From positions 1 to 52,175 of IMG/VR virus record IMGVR_UViG_3300008255_000163: a DNA stretch of 52,175 nt. The stretch is one strand, 5' to 3'. Positions 1 to 9,180 of the stretch are shown in pieces (the stretch's first letter is position 1; each line of letters starts with the position of its first letter). The stretch is from a virus. Its lineage: Duplodnaviria > Caudoviricetes. The notes under the pieces were generated by a model that searched no databases, was not told the DNA's origin, and saw nothing but the letters and a program-made list of their open reading frames with translations. The translations under genes and the position numbers were made by a program.

Positions 1-957
1 ATTCGATCGCGCTTCCCCTAGATCCGCGGAAAGCCCGAGAGCGTCGGCCGAGGTCGAAGACACGCACACCCGGAGCTTGCCATCGGCGACCGTGATTCGG
101 TCACCCGCGCCCGGCGTCAGCGTCGTGAGCTGGGGTGGCTTCGTGTCCGTCGAAACGAGGGCGCGCGTCGAGAACCCGACCGAACCGTCGGTGCCGATGC
201 ACTTCAGATAGACGCTGTGGTCGCCATCATCCGAGCCAATCGGCACGCCTTGAATTTGCATGCGTGTGCCGCCGGTGGGGCGCGTGGTGGTGCCGACCTT
301 CGAGCCGTCGACGTAGACTTCCACCGTGCTCCCCGCCCCCACGCCAGTGAGAAGGTCAATCCGGTACTGGTAGGGCGACCCCGCCGAACTCGTCCGGTCC
401 CCGCCCTGTGAGGTCCACACGGACTCCGGGTCGGCGTCCGCATCGGCGCCAGCGTCGTAGCCTCGAGGCGCACCGTTGAGCCCCGGGACGTCGGGCGACC
501 AGGTGGGACCCAGCATCTTGCACGTCGCATGGTCCGCGCAGGCCACGGTGACGACGGACACGGCGCGAGCTCCCGCCACCTTCGCAACGAGCACGTGCTT
601 CTGTCGGCTCCCGAGCTGCACATCGGGAAAGGTGACAGCACCGCTCGAGACGGAGGCCTCCGCGACGCGCAGACCGTCAGCGGTGAGGATCGCGTCGGTG
701 CCGTCGGCCGCGTTCGTGCGCACCACGACATCGGTGGTGAATCCATTGGAGCACCCGTCGGAATCCGTCGTCTGCGTGCTGTTGTCCGCGGGGCTCGTGA
801 TCGTGGCGCCCACCGGCCCCGAGTCCACGCTGGTCACGTAGTACAGGCCAGTCGCGGAGCCGGCAAGGAAGATGGTCGCAGCGATCAGTTTGCCAGCATT
901 CTTGCTCAGCCGCTGAAACGGAGTGCGCAGGATACCGTTGAGTCGTGAGCCAAACAT
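1..957 (-). CDS. Large Ig-like/Cys-containing protein with N-terminal hydrophobic segment (3'-partial, runs off window)
   Basis: Not in the ORF track; translated by hand. ATG at 957 overlaps the upstream TGA (TGATG) and the frame is open to base 1: MFGSRLNGILRTPFQRLSKNAGKLIAATIFLAGSATGLYYV...ATITSPADNST...VEVYVDGSKVGT...DTKPPQLTTLTPGAG; Big/Ig-like motifs. Confidence 0.75.
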   Translation of the reverse strand, partial: MFGSRLNGILRTPFQRLSKNAGKLIAATIFLAGSATGLYYVTSVDSGPVGATITSPADNSTQTTDSDGCSNGFTTDVVVRTNAADGTDAILTADGLRVAEASVSSGAVTFPDVQLGSRQKHVLVAKVAGARAVSVVTVACADHATCKMLGPTWSPDVPGLNGAPRGYDAGADADADPESVWTSQGGDRTSSAGSPYQYRIDLLTGVGAGSTVEVYVDGSKVGTTTRPTGGTRMQIQGVPIGSDDGDHSVYLKCIGTDGSVGFSTRALVSTDTKPPQLTTLTPGAGDRITVADGKLRVCVSSTSADALGLSADLGEARSN

Positions 958-1235
958 CACCAGTACACCGTGATCATTTCGGCGGTGGAGTCGGCCTTGA
1001 TCGTCTTGATGGCGATCGCGTCGATATCTCCGGACTGGTATGTGATCGTGTCCTCGGAATCATCCTCGTACACGACGTGCAGGGTGCCCCCGATCCCGAT
1101 GCGCACTCGCCCGCAGAGCAACCCTTGGTATTCGGACCGCACGTTGATGTCCGATGCAAGCGCACCGCTGGTGGCGTAGGTCTTCGACCTCACCGCGATG
1201 TGGTGCAGTGAGTCTTCGTATTGAGTGATTGCCAT
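957..1235 (-). CDS. Small virion-associated hypothetical protein
   Basis: 92 aa beta-rich ORF in tail operon, overlapped with next gene. Confidence 0.7.
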   Translation of the reverse strand: MAITQYEDSLHHIAVRSKTYATSGALASDINVRSEYQGLLCGRVRIGIGGTLHVVYEDDSEDTITYQSGDIDAIAIKTIKADSTAEMITVYW

Positions 1236-1312
1236 GGACTTGTCCTCACGCCGGCAGTGCCGGCCCGTGGAGTGACTGAGTCGGTGTCCCCGGCCTCAGA
1301 TCACGCTGTCAA

Positions 1313-2551
1313 TCAGACGGAACCGTTCGCGTACTGCGCAGACGCGTCGAGCCAGATGAAGACCTTCGCGTTCGGCGCGCCACCGATTCCAAGGATGAGT
1401 TGCCCCGCAGCGTCGACGGACAAGGTGACGCTGGATGCACCCGCCAGCCCACTCATCTTCCCGGGCTCCAGGTAGCAGGCGTACCGTCCCGCCGAGTCGA
1501 TGCTCTGACCCATCCCGTGGCAGATTGCCGTGCCCTCCACGCCATCCTCTCCCGGGACCAGAGGCGTCGCCGCACCCTCCCACGCAAACGACGGGGACGA
1601 CCCTGCGGCCACGGCGTATGCCATGTACTTGAACAGACGATACCGCCAGTCCCGCGATGCATCAACGACGTCTCCGTTGTTGTGGGACGCGGAACCGGTC
1701 GTCAGGTCCAGGGCGATGAGCAGCGACTCCTTGCCCACCATGGTGCTCGGCATGTGGGCCGGGGGACGTACGCCCGCGATGGTCCAAGGCGAGCGCGTTT
1801 CCACAGCGCCGGCCGGGTCGTTGTTGCCATCTGCAACACGACACGATGACGCGCCGGTCGCCTCTGCCATATTTGCGCAGGTCCCCCACTCCCAAATGTC
1901 GGATGGCAACACAGCCGTGGCCCCGCTCACGAAGCCTGCGGCAACTCGCACGTACGCGAGCGGGATGTAGTAGTCAGGGTCGGCGTCGGCTGGCAGAGCG
2001 GGCTTGGCGTCGGAGCCTTCCGTGCCCTTCAGTTCGAGGACCTCGACGGTGGTGTTCACGCGGGAATCAACGTTCTGCGTGCTCACCACGAGGGTCGCAG
2101 GGTCCTTGACCTTGCGGCTCACGCTCGTTGCCGCGTCCACCTCCAAATGCGCGTAGAGGAGGTCGAATCGCGCGCCACCACCCGTGTCCGAGTCCAAGTC
2201 GATGTGCGTCGAGAGCTGCCCGGTGCCCATATGGATCGCGCTTCGGATGTCGCGCCAGTTGGCCTTCGCGTCCGCCGCCACCGCGGTGCGGCTCCCGACG
2301 ATTGCGCGGAATGGCATGATGTCAACGCCGCCCGTGCCACCGAGCACAGTGGTGAACGACCCGCCCGCGATGACTCGATCCTCGCCAAACGGCAGGATGC
2401 GCTTGGTCACGTCTGCCCCGTCGTACGGCTTGATCCGGAGCAGTTCGGCCAGCACGCGGTCGTCGGCCAGTGCGGAGCCTTCTCCGAGAAGGTTCAGGTC
2501 TTCCTGGGTGACTTCTTGACCGTTGTCGTCGTGAACGTACTTGGTTTCCAT
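1313..2551 (-). CDS. Baseplate/tail-fibre-proximal structural protein
   Basis: 412 aa after wedge genes; 'KPALPADADPDYYIPLAYVRVAAG' motif typical of tail-proximal proteins. Confidence 0.65.
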   Translation of the reverse strand: METKYVHDDNGQEVTQEDLNLLGEGSALADDRVLAELLRIKPYDGADVTKRILPFGEDRVIAGGSFTTVLGGTGGVDIMPFRAIVGSRTAVAADAKANWRDIRSAIHMGTGQLSTHIDLDSDTGGGARFDLLYAHLEVDAATSVSRKVKDPATLVVSTQNVDSRVNTTVEVLELKGTEGSDAKPALPADADPDYYIPLAYVRVAAGFVSGATAVLPSDIWEWGTCANMAEATGASSCRVADGNNDPAGAVETRSPWTIAGVRPPAHMPSTMVGKESLLIALDLTTGSASHNNGDVVDASRDWRYRLFKYMAYAVAAGSSPSFAWEGAATPLVPGEDGVEGTAICHGMGQSIDSAGRYACYLEPGKMSGLAGASSVTLSVDAAGQLILGIGGAPNAKVFIWLDASAQYANGSV

Positions 2552-3360
2552 CAGAGCTTCCGATCCACCAGGAGCTTGAAGCGGATCCCGTGGCCCTTGA
2601 TCCGCTGCACAGCGTCAACGATCGCCTGGTACGTCTCGTCGGCTGTGAGATAGTCGTTGGACACGAATGCAAGCCCGTCGCCCGTGCCGTCTGTCACGTA
2701 CATGCCAGGCTCGTCGGCCGGTGTGCCATCGCTCGCGTAGACGCGGGGAGCGTCTACGTCGTTGAGCTGCGGAACGCGAACGAAGAGCATCCGGCCGAAG
2801 CCGTCAGCGAACGCCAGAGCGCCGCCAGGGCTGGACTGCGGCCTGACGTAACCGCCGTTGTCAACCTCATCGTCCTCGTAGAGCCGATCCGGATAATTCG
2901 GGCACATCTCCGTCAGCCCGTCGCCTACGAAGGAGTAGAAGGCCGGGGCGCCGCCAGAACCGTCGGTCTCGTCCGTCACGTACCACCGGTCGAGAATGGT
3001 CTCGCAAACCTGTGCCTCGATGGCGCTGACGGGCGCCAGAATCTCGTTGATGACGGCGACGATCGCGTTTGGCGTTGCGATCTCCTTCCACGACGCGGTG
3101 CGTGCGCGGTAGTCGTCATTCGCTTCCCCTGGTGCCCTGTTGCTGCCACGATCGCCTGCCAGACCGTCGAGGTACTCGGCTGTGGCGCGGGTAACGTCAC
3201 CCTGCTCGGCCGCGTACTCCGCCCGACTCTGATGCTCGACGAGCATGCCGAGCAGACCAGCCACCAGCGCGTCCAGCACAGGATGCACGTCCGTCTGGTA
3301 CTCGACCGGCAGCACAGCCAGGACATCGTCAGCTGTCGACACGACGCGATCGATCGGCAT
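2551..3360 (-). CDS. Baseplate wedge protein (P2 gpI/Mu gp48-like)
   Basis: Follows baseplate J; 'ATAEYLDGLAGDRGSNRAPGEANDDYRAR' motif. Confidence 0.75.
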   Translation of the reverse strand: MPIDRVVSTADDVLAVLPVEYQTDVHPVLDALVAGLLGMLVEHQSRAEYAAEQGDVTRATAEYLDGLAGDRGSNRAPGEANDDYRARTASWKEIATPNAIVAVINEILAPVSAIEAQVCETILDRWYVTDETDGSGGAPAFYSFVGDGLTEMCPNYPDRLYEDDEVDNGGYVRPQSSPGGALAFADGFGRMLFVRVPQLNDVDAPRVYASDGTPADEPGMYVTDGTGDGLAFVSNDYLTADETYQAIVDAVQRIKGHGIRFKLLVDRKL

Positions 3361-4509
3361 CTACAGGGGTCCTTCGATCTTGATCTTGATGGCGCCAGGT
3401 TCGGTGTAGAGCCGCGAGAGCGTCTCCGAAGCGAGGATGCTCGCAATCGTCGTGTCGGCTGGCCCGCTGTTGACGACAACGCTCTGCAGGTCTGGGACGG
3501 AGCGGGCGAGCTCGCCGCGAACACCGTCGAAGCGGTAGACGTACGGGTTCGAGTTGCCGTCGAAGTACCGCACGACCGCCTTCGTTGCTTCGATTCGGAT
3601 CGCGTCCTGGTTGTAGCGGCCCGGGTCGCCCCAAAGGTGGAGCGTCAGGTCGAAGGAGCAGAGCGTGCGGCTCATTCCGAAGATGGTCATATCGCAACCA
3701 AGGACCCGAGCCGAATCGACCGCGACGCGGCATCGTCGGAGCAAGTCCGTGGTGGACTGGAACCCCGCATCGCCCACGAAACAGCGATTGATGCCATCGT
3801 CGGGCGTGATGAAGTCGCTCTCGAACAGCGCGACCTGGTTGGCCCCAGCGGCCTTGCACGCGTCGGTGATGGCGGTCGCGTATCCCCGACGCCGATCGAT
3901 CTTGTCCTGGCGGTACCGTGCGAGGTAGGTTGAATCGCTCTCTCGGTCCGTTCCATCTGCGCACACCACCCGCTCGACCGCCCACGTCGCGTCCCACAGC
4001 GCGTCCGAGAACGTGATCCTCGGACTAGGCAAACCAGCCGTGTCAATACCTACCCCAGTCCCGTACTCGTCGGCCTCGACGGGGATTGCAGCCGCAATCA
4101 CGGCATCCACTGAGGTATCGGACGATACGATGTAAATGCGCGGTCGAATCGTCCCGATTCCGGTCACCGAGATGCGCGTTCCGGCCCACACGGTGCCCGC
4201 GCCACCCGCGGTGGACAGCCTGCGAATGATGGCGTGCCCTGCCCCTCGCGTGGACTGCACTCGAGCGGGGCCATTGAAGGCGCTTATCCTGGCGTCGAGG
4301 TCCCCGTCGGTGGCGCCATCGAAGTAGCAGACTCGGAACAGGTCGCGATCCCGCCCCGCCATCCGCGCCCACAATAGCGCCCCCATCCCGGCGGCAACGT
4401 CGTAAATGGCCCCTCGATGAACGTCGGCCTCGCCGCGCCTGGAACGCAGCTCTGCGCCGAACACGTCGAGCAGATCTGGCACGCTGGGGAGCTCGAGATC
4501 GCTGCTCAT
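3361..4509 (-). CDS. Baseplate J-like wedge protein (copy 2)
   Basis: 'ATDGDLD', 'GTVWAGTRI', 'IPVEADEYGT', 'DGTDRESDSTYLAR' baseplate-J motifs; synteny. Confidence 0.8.
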   Translation of the reverse strand: MSSDLELPSVPDLLDVFGAELRSRRGEADVHRGAIYDVAAGMGALLWARMAGRDRDLFRVCYFDGATDGDLDARISAFNGPARVQSTRGAGHAIIRRLSTAGGAGTVWAGTRISVTGIGTIRPRIYIVSSDTSVDAVIAAAIPVEADEYGTGVGIDTAGLPSPRITFSDALWDATWAVERVVCADGTDRESDSTYLARYRQDKIDRRRGYATAITDACKAAGANQVALFESDFITPDDGINRCFVGDAGFQSTTDLLRRCRVAVDSARVLGCDMTIFGMSRTLCSFDLTLHLWGDPGRYNQDAIRIEATKAVVRYFDGNSNPYVYRFDGVRGELARSVPDLQSVVVNSGPADTTIASILASETLSRLYTEPGAIKIKIEGPL

Positions 4510-5282
4510 TGGGTCCGAACTCCGCTCTGTACTGGGATCGCTGTGCCGTCGATGAGAATGACGTTCACCTCGATCGTGGTCTGCTCGGGGTTGTTTTCAT
4601 CTGCCGGAAGCACGGTCGCCGCGGCGCGCTTCACGCGGTCGTCCTCGACTGCCTGCGCGGCCAATGTGCCCCTGAGCTGGTGGGCGGTGAACGGTGAGCC
4701 GTCGACGTACTCGCGAGGCTTGCCGCCGTAGCTGTCGTCCCACGGCAGTCCATCCGACGTGAGGCGACGGGCGATGGCAGCGCGCGCATTCTCCCGGCCT
4801 CCCACCGTTGCCAGGTCGCCTTGGGCGTCCTCGACAATATCAGACCCGTCCCAGACCAGATCGACGCCGAACGTCGCATCGAGAGCGTCCTCGTTGAGCG
4901 ACGCAGCTACAGGTCGAGGACGCTGGACGCCGATGCGAAACGGCAGCACCGAGCCGGCAGGTGTAACGTCTCCGTCCGAGTCAGGGACCGCCTCCGCATA
5001 GGCAAGGTAGTTCAGTCCCTCGACCAGATCAGCATCCAGAGCGAGTTCTACGATCGACGTGTTGCTGGGGACCACGAACGCCGCGACCACGGAAGGCGCT
5101 GTGCCGGTTTCGGCGACGATCGTGTAGAACGTGAGGGTCGTGAACGCAGCGGCTCCGAGTGGCTCTGAAAACTTGAGCCACAGCCTCCGGCGGCTCCGCG
5201 GGACTACGTCGATGAAGGCAATGATGCCGGCAACCGGCGTCGGGGGAGCGGGAACAGTGAGCGGCCACGAATAGGTTGGCAT
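4506..5282 (-). CDS. Baseplate wedge/sheath initiator (gp25/Mu gp46-like) with N-terminal Ig-like domain
   Basis: 'GDLATVGGRENARAAIARRL...LPWDDSYG...EDDRV' C-terminal domain; synteny. Confidence 0.75.
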   Translation of the reverse strand: MPTYSWPLTVPAPPTPVAGIIAFIDVVPRSRRRLWLKFSEPLGAAAFTTLTFYTIVAETGTAPSVVAAFVVPSNTSIVELALDADLVEGLNYLAYAEAVPDSDGDVTPAGSVLPFRIGVQRPRPVAASLNEDALDATFGVDLVWDGSDIVEDAQGDLATVGGRENARAAIARRLTSDGLPWDDSYGGKPREYVDGSPFTAHQLRGTLAAQAVEDDRVKRAAATVLPADENNPEQTTIEVNVILIDGTAIPVQSGVRTQ

Positions 5283-6773
5283 CTACGCCTCGTTTCCCGC
5301 TGCATCGATCGCGATGACCTGGATGGAAGGGCCAGCCTTCCACCCGCCCGTGCGCTGCACATCGAGCTGCACGCCACCTCCAACCGCTGTCTGAACCGAG
5401 GACAGAAACGGTCGCTGGAAGGCGTACCCGTCCCAGATCACCTCCGGCTGGTACTGCGCATACTTCGCTAGCAGAACGAGCCGTTGAAGGGTTCCCGCGT
5501 CAGTAACGGTGATCGTTACGATGTCAGTGGCGGTGATTGGCGTGCCGGCGGCGGGAGACACCGTCACGGTTGGGGCGGTGGTGTCACCACCGCTGCCGCC
5601 TTCCACGAAGGTCGGCTCTGACACCACAATGATCCCGGAACTTGCTGCGTTGCCGGTGCCTTTCGTTGCCCCCGCGGCCAGCAAAGCCCCGTCGCAGCAG
5701 ACAGACCACCCGTACCTGATGGTGCCCAGGTAGGGGGTGAGCTGGAGCGCCCGTTCGAGGTAACCCGTTGCCCAGTCTGGGTTGGGCGCGAACGTCGCGA
5801 CCAGTCCCTGGCTCGAGTTGGCAACGTGGGCGCCAGCGTAGACGACGCCATTCGCCATTGCCATCGCGTTTCTATCGGTGACGCTACTAGACCCCGTGGA
5901 GCCCACGTGCATGCTTTGGGCGTAGTCCGGGATGACCTTGCGCACGAATGACCACGTGGCGCCGGTCCACTCGTAGATGTAGAGCGCGCCAACGTTCGAT
6001 CCACCTTCGTCATCGTTCGGGCTGGCAATGCAAGCGAGTTCTCCACCAGAGTCGATGGCGACTCCCATCCCGAAGTGGTCACCTGCGTATGGGTCTGGGT
6101 TGGGCACTTTGAGTGTCTGCGTCCATGTGCCTCCGATGGGGTCGTATTCGAAAAACCACGCAGAGCCAGATTCGGAGCCACCATCGTCGTCGTATGGTCC
6201 ACCGATCAGCGCTCGGTTCCCCCGCAGTGCGACGCAACACCCGAACGAGTCGCCACCAGCAACGTCGGTTTGGTTCAACGACTTGCCTGTCCAGACACCT
6301 CCAGAACGATGGTAAGCACGCGCAGTGTTCCAGCCGCCCGTTTTGGGGCCGACGATCATGATGTCACCATCGAGTGCGATCGAGTGACCAAATCCCTCGA
6401 ATGCCGACGGGATGTCCGCCTGCAAAACCCATGTGCCGCCAGTGCGCTCGTACACGTATACGCGACCGTAGTAGGTGCCGTAGTCGGGGTTGCCAATCGC
6501 GATCGTCGTGCCGCTTACCGCGACTGCCGCTCCTAGATACACGTAGATACCTGCGCCGCTTACCTTCAGTACCTGCGTCCACACGCCAGCAATCCGCTCG
6601 TAGATGTATGCCGCGCCGCTGTCGGTGCCCCCCCCGTTGTTCCACGGGCAGCCTACGACCATATAGTCTCCATCTATCGCGACGGACCATCCATAAGCGT
6701 CGTCGGTCGCGCCATCTGCGGCGTAGACGATGGTCGCATCGCCGGCGACTAGGAGTTCAACGTTCTTGGTCAT
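5283..6773 (-). CDS. FG-GAP repeat beta-propeller protein with C-terminal Ig-like domain
   Basis: Repeated (Y/F)GxSVA(I/L)xGxxxxxGxP...GAAYIYE units; C-terminal DTTAPTV...AIDAAGNE. Confidence 0.85.
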   Translation of the reverse strand: MTKNVELLVAGDATIVYAADGATDDAYGWSVAIDGDYMVVGCPWNNGGGTDSGAAYIYERIAGVWTQVLKVSGAGIYVYLGAAVAVSGTTIAIGNPDYGTYYGRVYVYERTGGTWVLQADIPSAFEGFGHSIALDGDIMIVGPKTGGWNTARAYHRSGGVWTGKSLNQTDVAGGDSFGCCVALRGNRALIGGPYDDDGGSESGSAWFFEYDPIGGTWTQTLKVPNPDPYAGDHFGMGVAIDSGGELACIASPNDDEGGSNVGALYIYEWTGATWSFVRKVIPDYAQSMHVGSTGSSSVTDRNAMAMANGVVYAGAHVANSSQGLVATFAPNPDWATGYLERALQLTPYLGTIRYGWSVCCDGALLAAGATKGTGNAASSGIIVVSEPTFVEGGSGGDTTAPTVTVSPAAGTPITATDIVTITVTDAGTLQRLVLLAKYAQYQPEVIWDGYAFQRPFLSSVQTAVGGGVQLDVQRTGGWKAGPSIQVIAIDAAGNEA

Positions 6774-6877
6774 CGGATCGGGATTGTCTGCTCGATGGGC
6801 GCGGGTGGGCCGATCAGTCGTTCACGGCCACTGTTGCGAGACGGTGGAGCGTGTTACGGTTGTCTTGGAGGAACGGC

Positions 6878-7882
6878 ATGCGTGGAAAACTTGGCATCGG
6901 GCTCGTTGGGCTCGCTATCGGATGTTCTGGTACCGACGACCCTGGTCTTTCTGGTGGCGCAGCGGGAGCTGACGCAGGGGGTGACGTTGCCTTTGAGGCT
7001 GCTCCCGTGTGCGAATCTGGTCAGCAGGTCGAATGCGCCTGCCCTGGGGGTTCAGCAGGAGCGCAGCGCTGTCGAGATGACGGGTCGGGTTGGGAAACCT
7101 GCATTTGCCCCGATGCGGCTGTCGATGCCACGCCAGACGCGCCGGGTGATGCCGTCCTCGATGCCGCTGCAGACACGGACTCCGCGGACTCCAACGAAAC
7201 CACTGATGTCGTATCTGACGCGCCCACCGAAGCCGAGATCGATGCGCCCAATGATGTCGCGGAGGATGTTCCTGACGACACCTCCGAAGACGCGCCAACC
7301 GACGTTGCCATCGACGTGGATTCAGAAACTGGACCATGCGACGGACTCCCGGCGTCTCCGTACTTCGACGACGAGGATCAGTCAGGGTTGGACGACTGCG
7401 CGCATGCGTGCACGGAGCCGTTCATGGCGCCGTTCTACGAAGGATCGGCGGCGAAGAGCTATTCGTTCTACCTGGTGAAGCCCGACGGGAGCGAGGACCG
7501 CGACTTTTTCTCGTTCTCGACCTTCGACACCACGGATGCGGTCTGCCCTTCGGGTTACTACGAGTGTTTCGAGCTCGAAGTCCAGCTGACCAAGGAACCG
7601 GATGGCGCGGACCTCGAGATGTGCGTCTACGACATCGGGAACCCAGGCCCGGGCACAGCGTGCACGAACTACGTGGACAAGAAGTGTTCCAACGAGGGAG
7701 GCAACCCGGCGAACGTGGTCCGCATCGGCTACGAGGGCGGCTGCGGAGTCTTCGATGACGACGCCCGACAGTACGTGCTCGAGGTTTTCTACGCGCCGGG
7801 TTCTGCGCAGAGCTGCGATTCCTACCAAGTGTCCATCGGATGGAGCGCGAACGATCCACAGCCCAACGCCTGTTCATTCTGA
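6878..7882 (+). CDS. Myxobacteria-style Cys-rich lipoprotein (moron)
   Basis: GGAGG at 6867-6871, ATG at 6878; MRGKLGIGLVGLAIG-C lipobox; CESGQQVECACPGG..QRC..WETCIC module; D/A/P-rich linker; Cys-rich C-terminal domain. Confidence 0.85.
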   Translation: MRGKLGIGLVGLAIGCSGTDDPGLSGGAAGADAGGDVAFEAAPVCESGQQVECACPGGSAGAQRCRDDGSGWETCICPDAAVDATPDAPGDAVLDAAADTDSADSNETTDVVSDAPTEAEIDAPNDVAEDVPDDTSEDAPTDVAIDVDSETGPCDGLPASPYFDDEDQSGLDDCAHACTEPFMAPFYEGSAAKSYSFYLVKPDGSEDRDFFSFSTFDTTDAVCPSGYYECFELEVQLTKEPDGADLEMCVYDIGNPGPGTACTNYVDKKCSNEGGNPANVVRIGYEGGCGVFDDDARQYVLEVFYAPGSAQSCDSYQVSIGWSANDPQPNACSF

Positions 7883-7885
7883 ACC

Positions 7886-8269
7886 ATGACCAAGAGCCTT
7901 GCGATCAAGTTGGCAGTCGCATCAGCAGTGCTCGTGGCACTCGCGGCTGTTTGGCTGTGGAGCGGCATCGGAGCGAAAGTCGTTGTCGACTGCGACTTAC
8001 GCGCCAGCGGACTGGTGAACTGCGACGTCACGAACCGCGGCTGGTCACCCGCCAGCGGAGCGGTCGTGCTCACACTGACCAACCAGACCCACCCTGCCCC
8101 GAACATGGGGCTGGTGAAGGTCGGCAGGTTGTGGCCCGGCGGCACGTTCACGATCCAGGACGCCGCCCCGTTCTTTCGTTCCCCTGCCGAGCACTGCGCG
8201 TCGAGGGGAGTGAACGACGGGATCGACGACTGGCGGAAGCGGTGTTCCTTCCGAGCAATCTTCCAGTGA
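7886..8269 (+). CDS. Membrane-anchored hypothetical protein (moron)
   Basis: N-terminal hydrophobic helix (LAVASAVLVALAAVWLW), four Cys; starts 3 nt after the lipoprotein gene. Confidence 0.7.
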   Translation: MTKSLAIKLAVASAVLVALAAVWLWSGIGAKVVVDCDLRASGLVNCDVTNRGWSPASGAVVLTLTNQTHPAPNMGLVKVGRLWPGGTFTIQDAAPFFRSPAEHCASRGVNDGIDDWRKRCSFRAIFQ

Positions 8270-8272
8270 CGA

Positions 8273-8392
8273 TCAGTCCAGCGGGCACGGGATCGTGAAA
8301 CTGAAGTTGAACGTCGGAATCGTGAGGCTCGGGAATGAGAACGTCGGCAACGAGAACGCGAAGCTGAACGTAGGGAACTTGCACAGGCTCAT
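8273..8392 (-). CDS. 39-aa Phe/Pro-rich microprotein after spike gene
   Basis: ATGA overlap with spike stop; MSLCKFPTFSFAFSLPTFSFPSLTIPTFNFSFTIPCPLD*. Confidence 0.6.
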   Translation of the reverse strand: MSLCKFPTFSFAFSLPTFSFPSLTIPTFNFSFTIPCPLD

Positions 8393-9180
8393 GGTTGGGT
8401 GCTCCAGGTTGCAGACATGGTGCCAGGAGCAGCGCTGTATTGGACGCCGGTGACAGCGGACGCGACCGCTCCAAGCACGCCACCTGCGGTGAGTGCCTTG
8501 AACACCTTCCCAAGCACCACAACCTCCTCCTCCGACAGCATGACCACGGTGGCGTTGTCGCTGGCAGCCTTCTGGAGAATCTCGATCTTGTCCTGCGACA
8601 GCACGACCAGTGACTTCGCGTCACCGTCCTTTGACACCCAGATCCGAACTTGATTCTCGTGGATCTGGATGGCGTGGCCGTCGGGATGCGACAACAGCAC
8701 TCCGACCTCTGGCCCCACAGACAAGAAGTGATTCTCGTAGCTGGAAATCGTGACACTACGGCCCTTGAATACCAGGTCCTGGTCCGCCCCAACGTCGAGC
8801 TTCGTTCGCGTCTTGCTGAACTGCACGAACGGGTTGGCACCTGGCAGCGCGGCGATGACCCCAGCCCCGGGCGCGGTCTCGAACCCTGACGGGAACATCA
8901 CGTAGCACTGCAGCCCCTTGGGCGGAATCGCCCATAGCGGCCATCCGTTCATGCGTGCCAGGATCTTGTGGCCTTGCGCCACATTTGGCTTCACGTCGCT
9001 CGTAGCGTCCTTGCCACGGAAGAGCTGGACGCGGATGAGTGTCACCCCGCCGTTTGTCTCGTCGCCCACGTCGGCGACATCGTCTTCGCCATCCCAACCG
9101 ATGATGCCGGCCTCGACCGCAGGCGGCCCCGCTTCGCCGGAGAACAGATCGGATTCGTTCAGGGGGAACTCACCTAGCAT
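8389..9180 (-). CDS. Baseplate central spike (gpV/Mu gp45-like)
   Basis: Follows hub; 'WAIPPKGLQCYVMF' OB-fold-like motif then beta-repeat C-terminus. Confidence 0.7.
   Translation of the reverse strand: MLGEFPLNESDLFSGEAGPPAVEAGIIGWDGEDDVADVGDETNGGVTLIRVQLFRGKDATSDVKPNVAQGHKILARMNGWPLWAIPPKGLQCYVMFPSGFETAPGAGVIAALPGANPFVQFSKTRTKLDVGADQDLVFKGRSVTISSYENHFLSVGPEVGVLLSHPDGHAIQIHENQVRIWVSKDGDAKSLVVLSQDKIEILQKAASDNATVVMLSEEEVVVLGKVFKALTAGGVLGAVASAVTGVQYSAAPGTMSATWSTQP

Noticed and set aside
6374-6877. N-terminal extension of the 502-aa track ORF (similarly 35096..36736, 40448..41824, 41251..42891, 18042..18956)
   Set aside because: The extensions overlap real neighbouring genes; RBSs or stop-start overlaps support the shorter starts reported.
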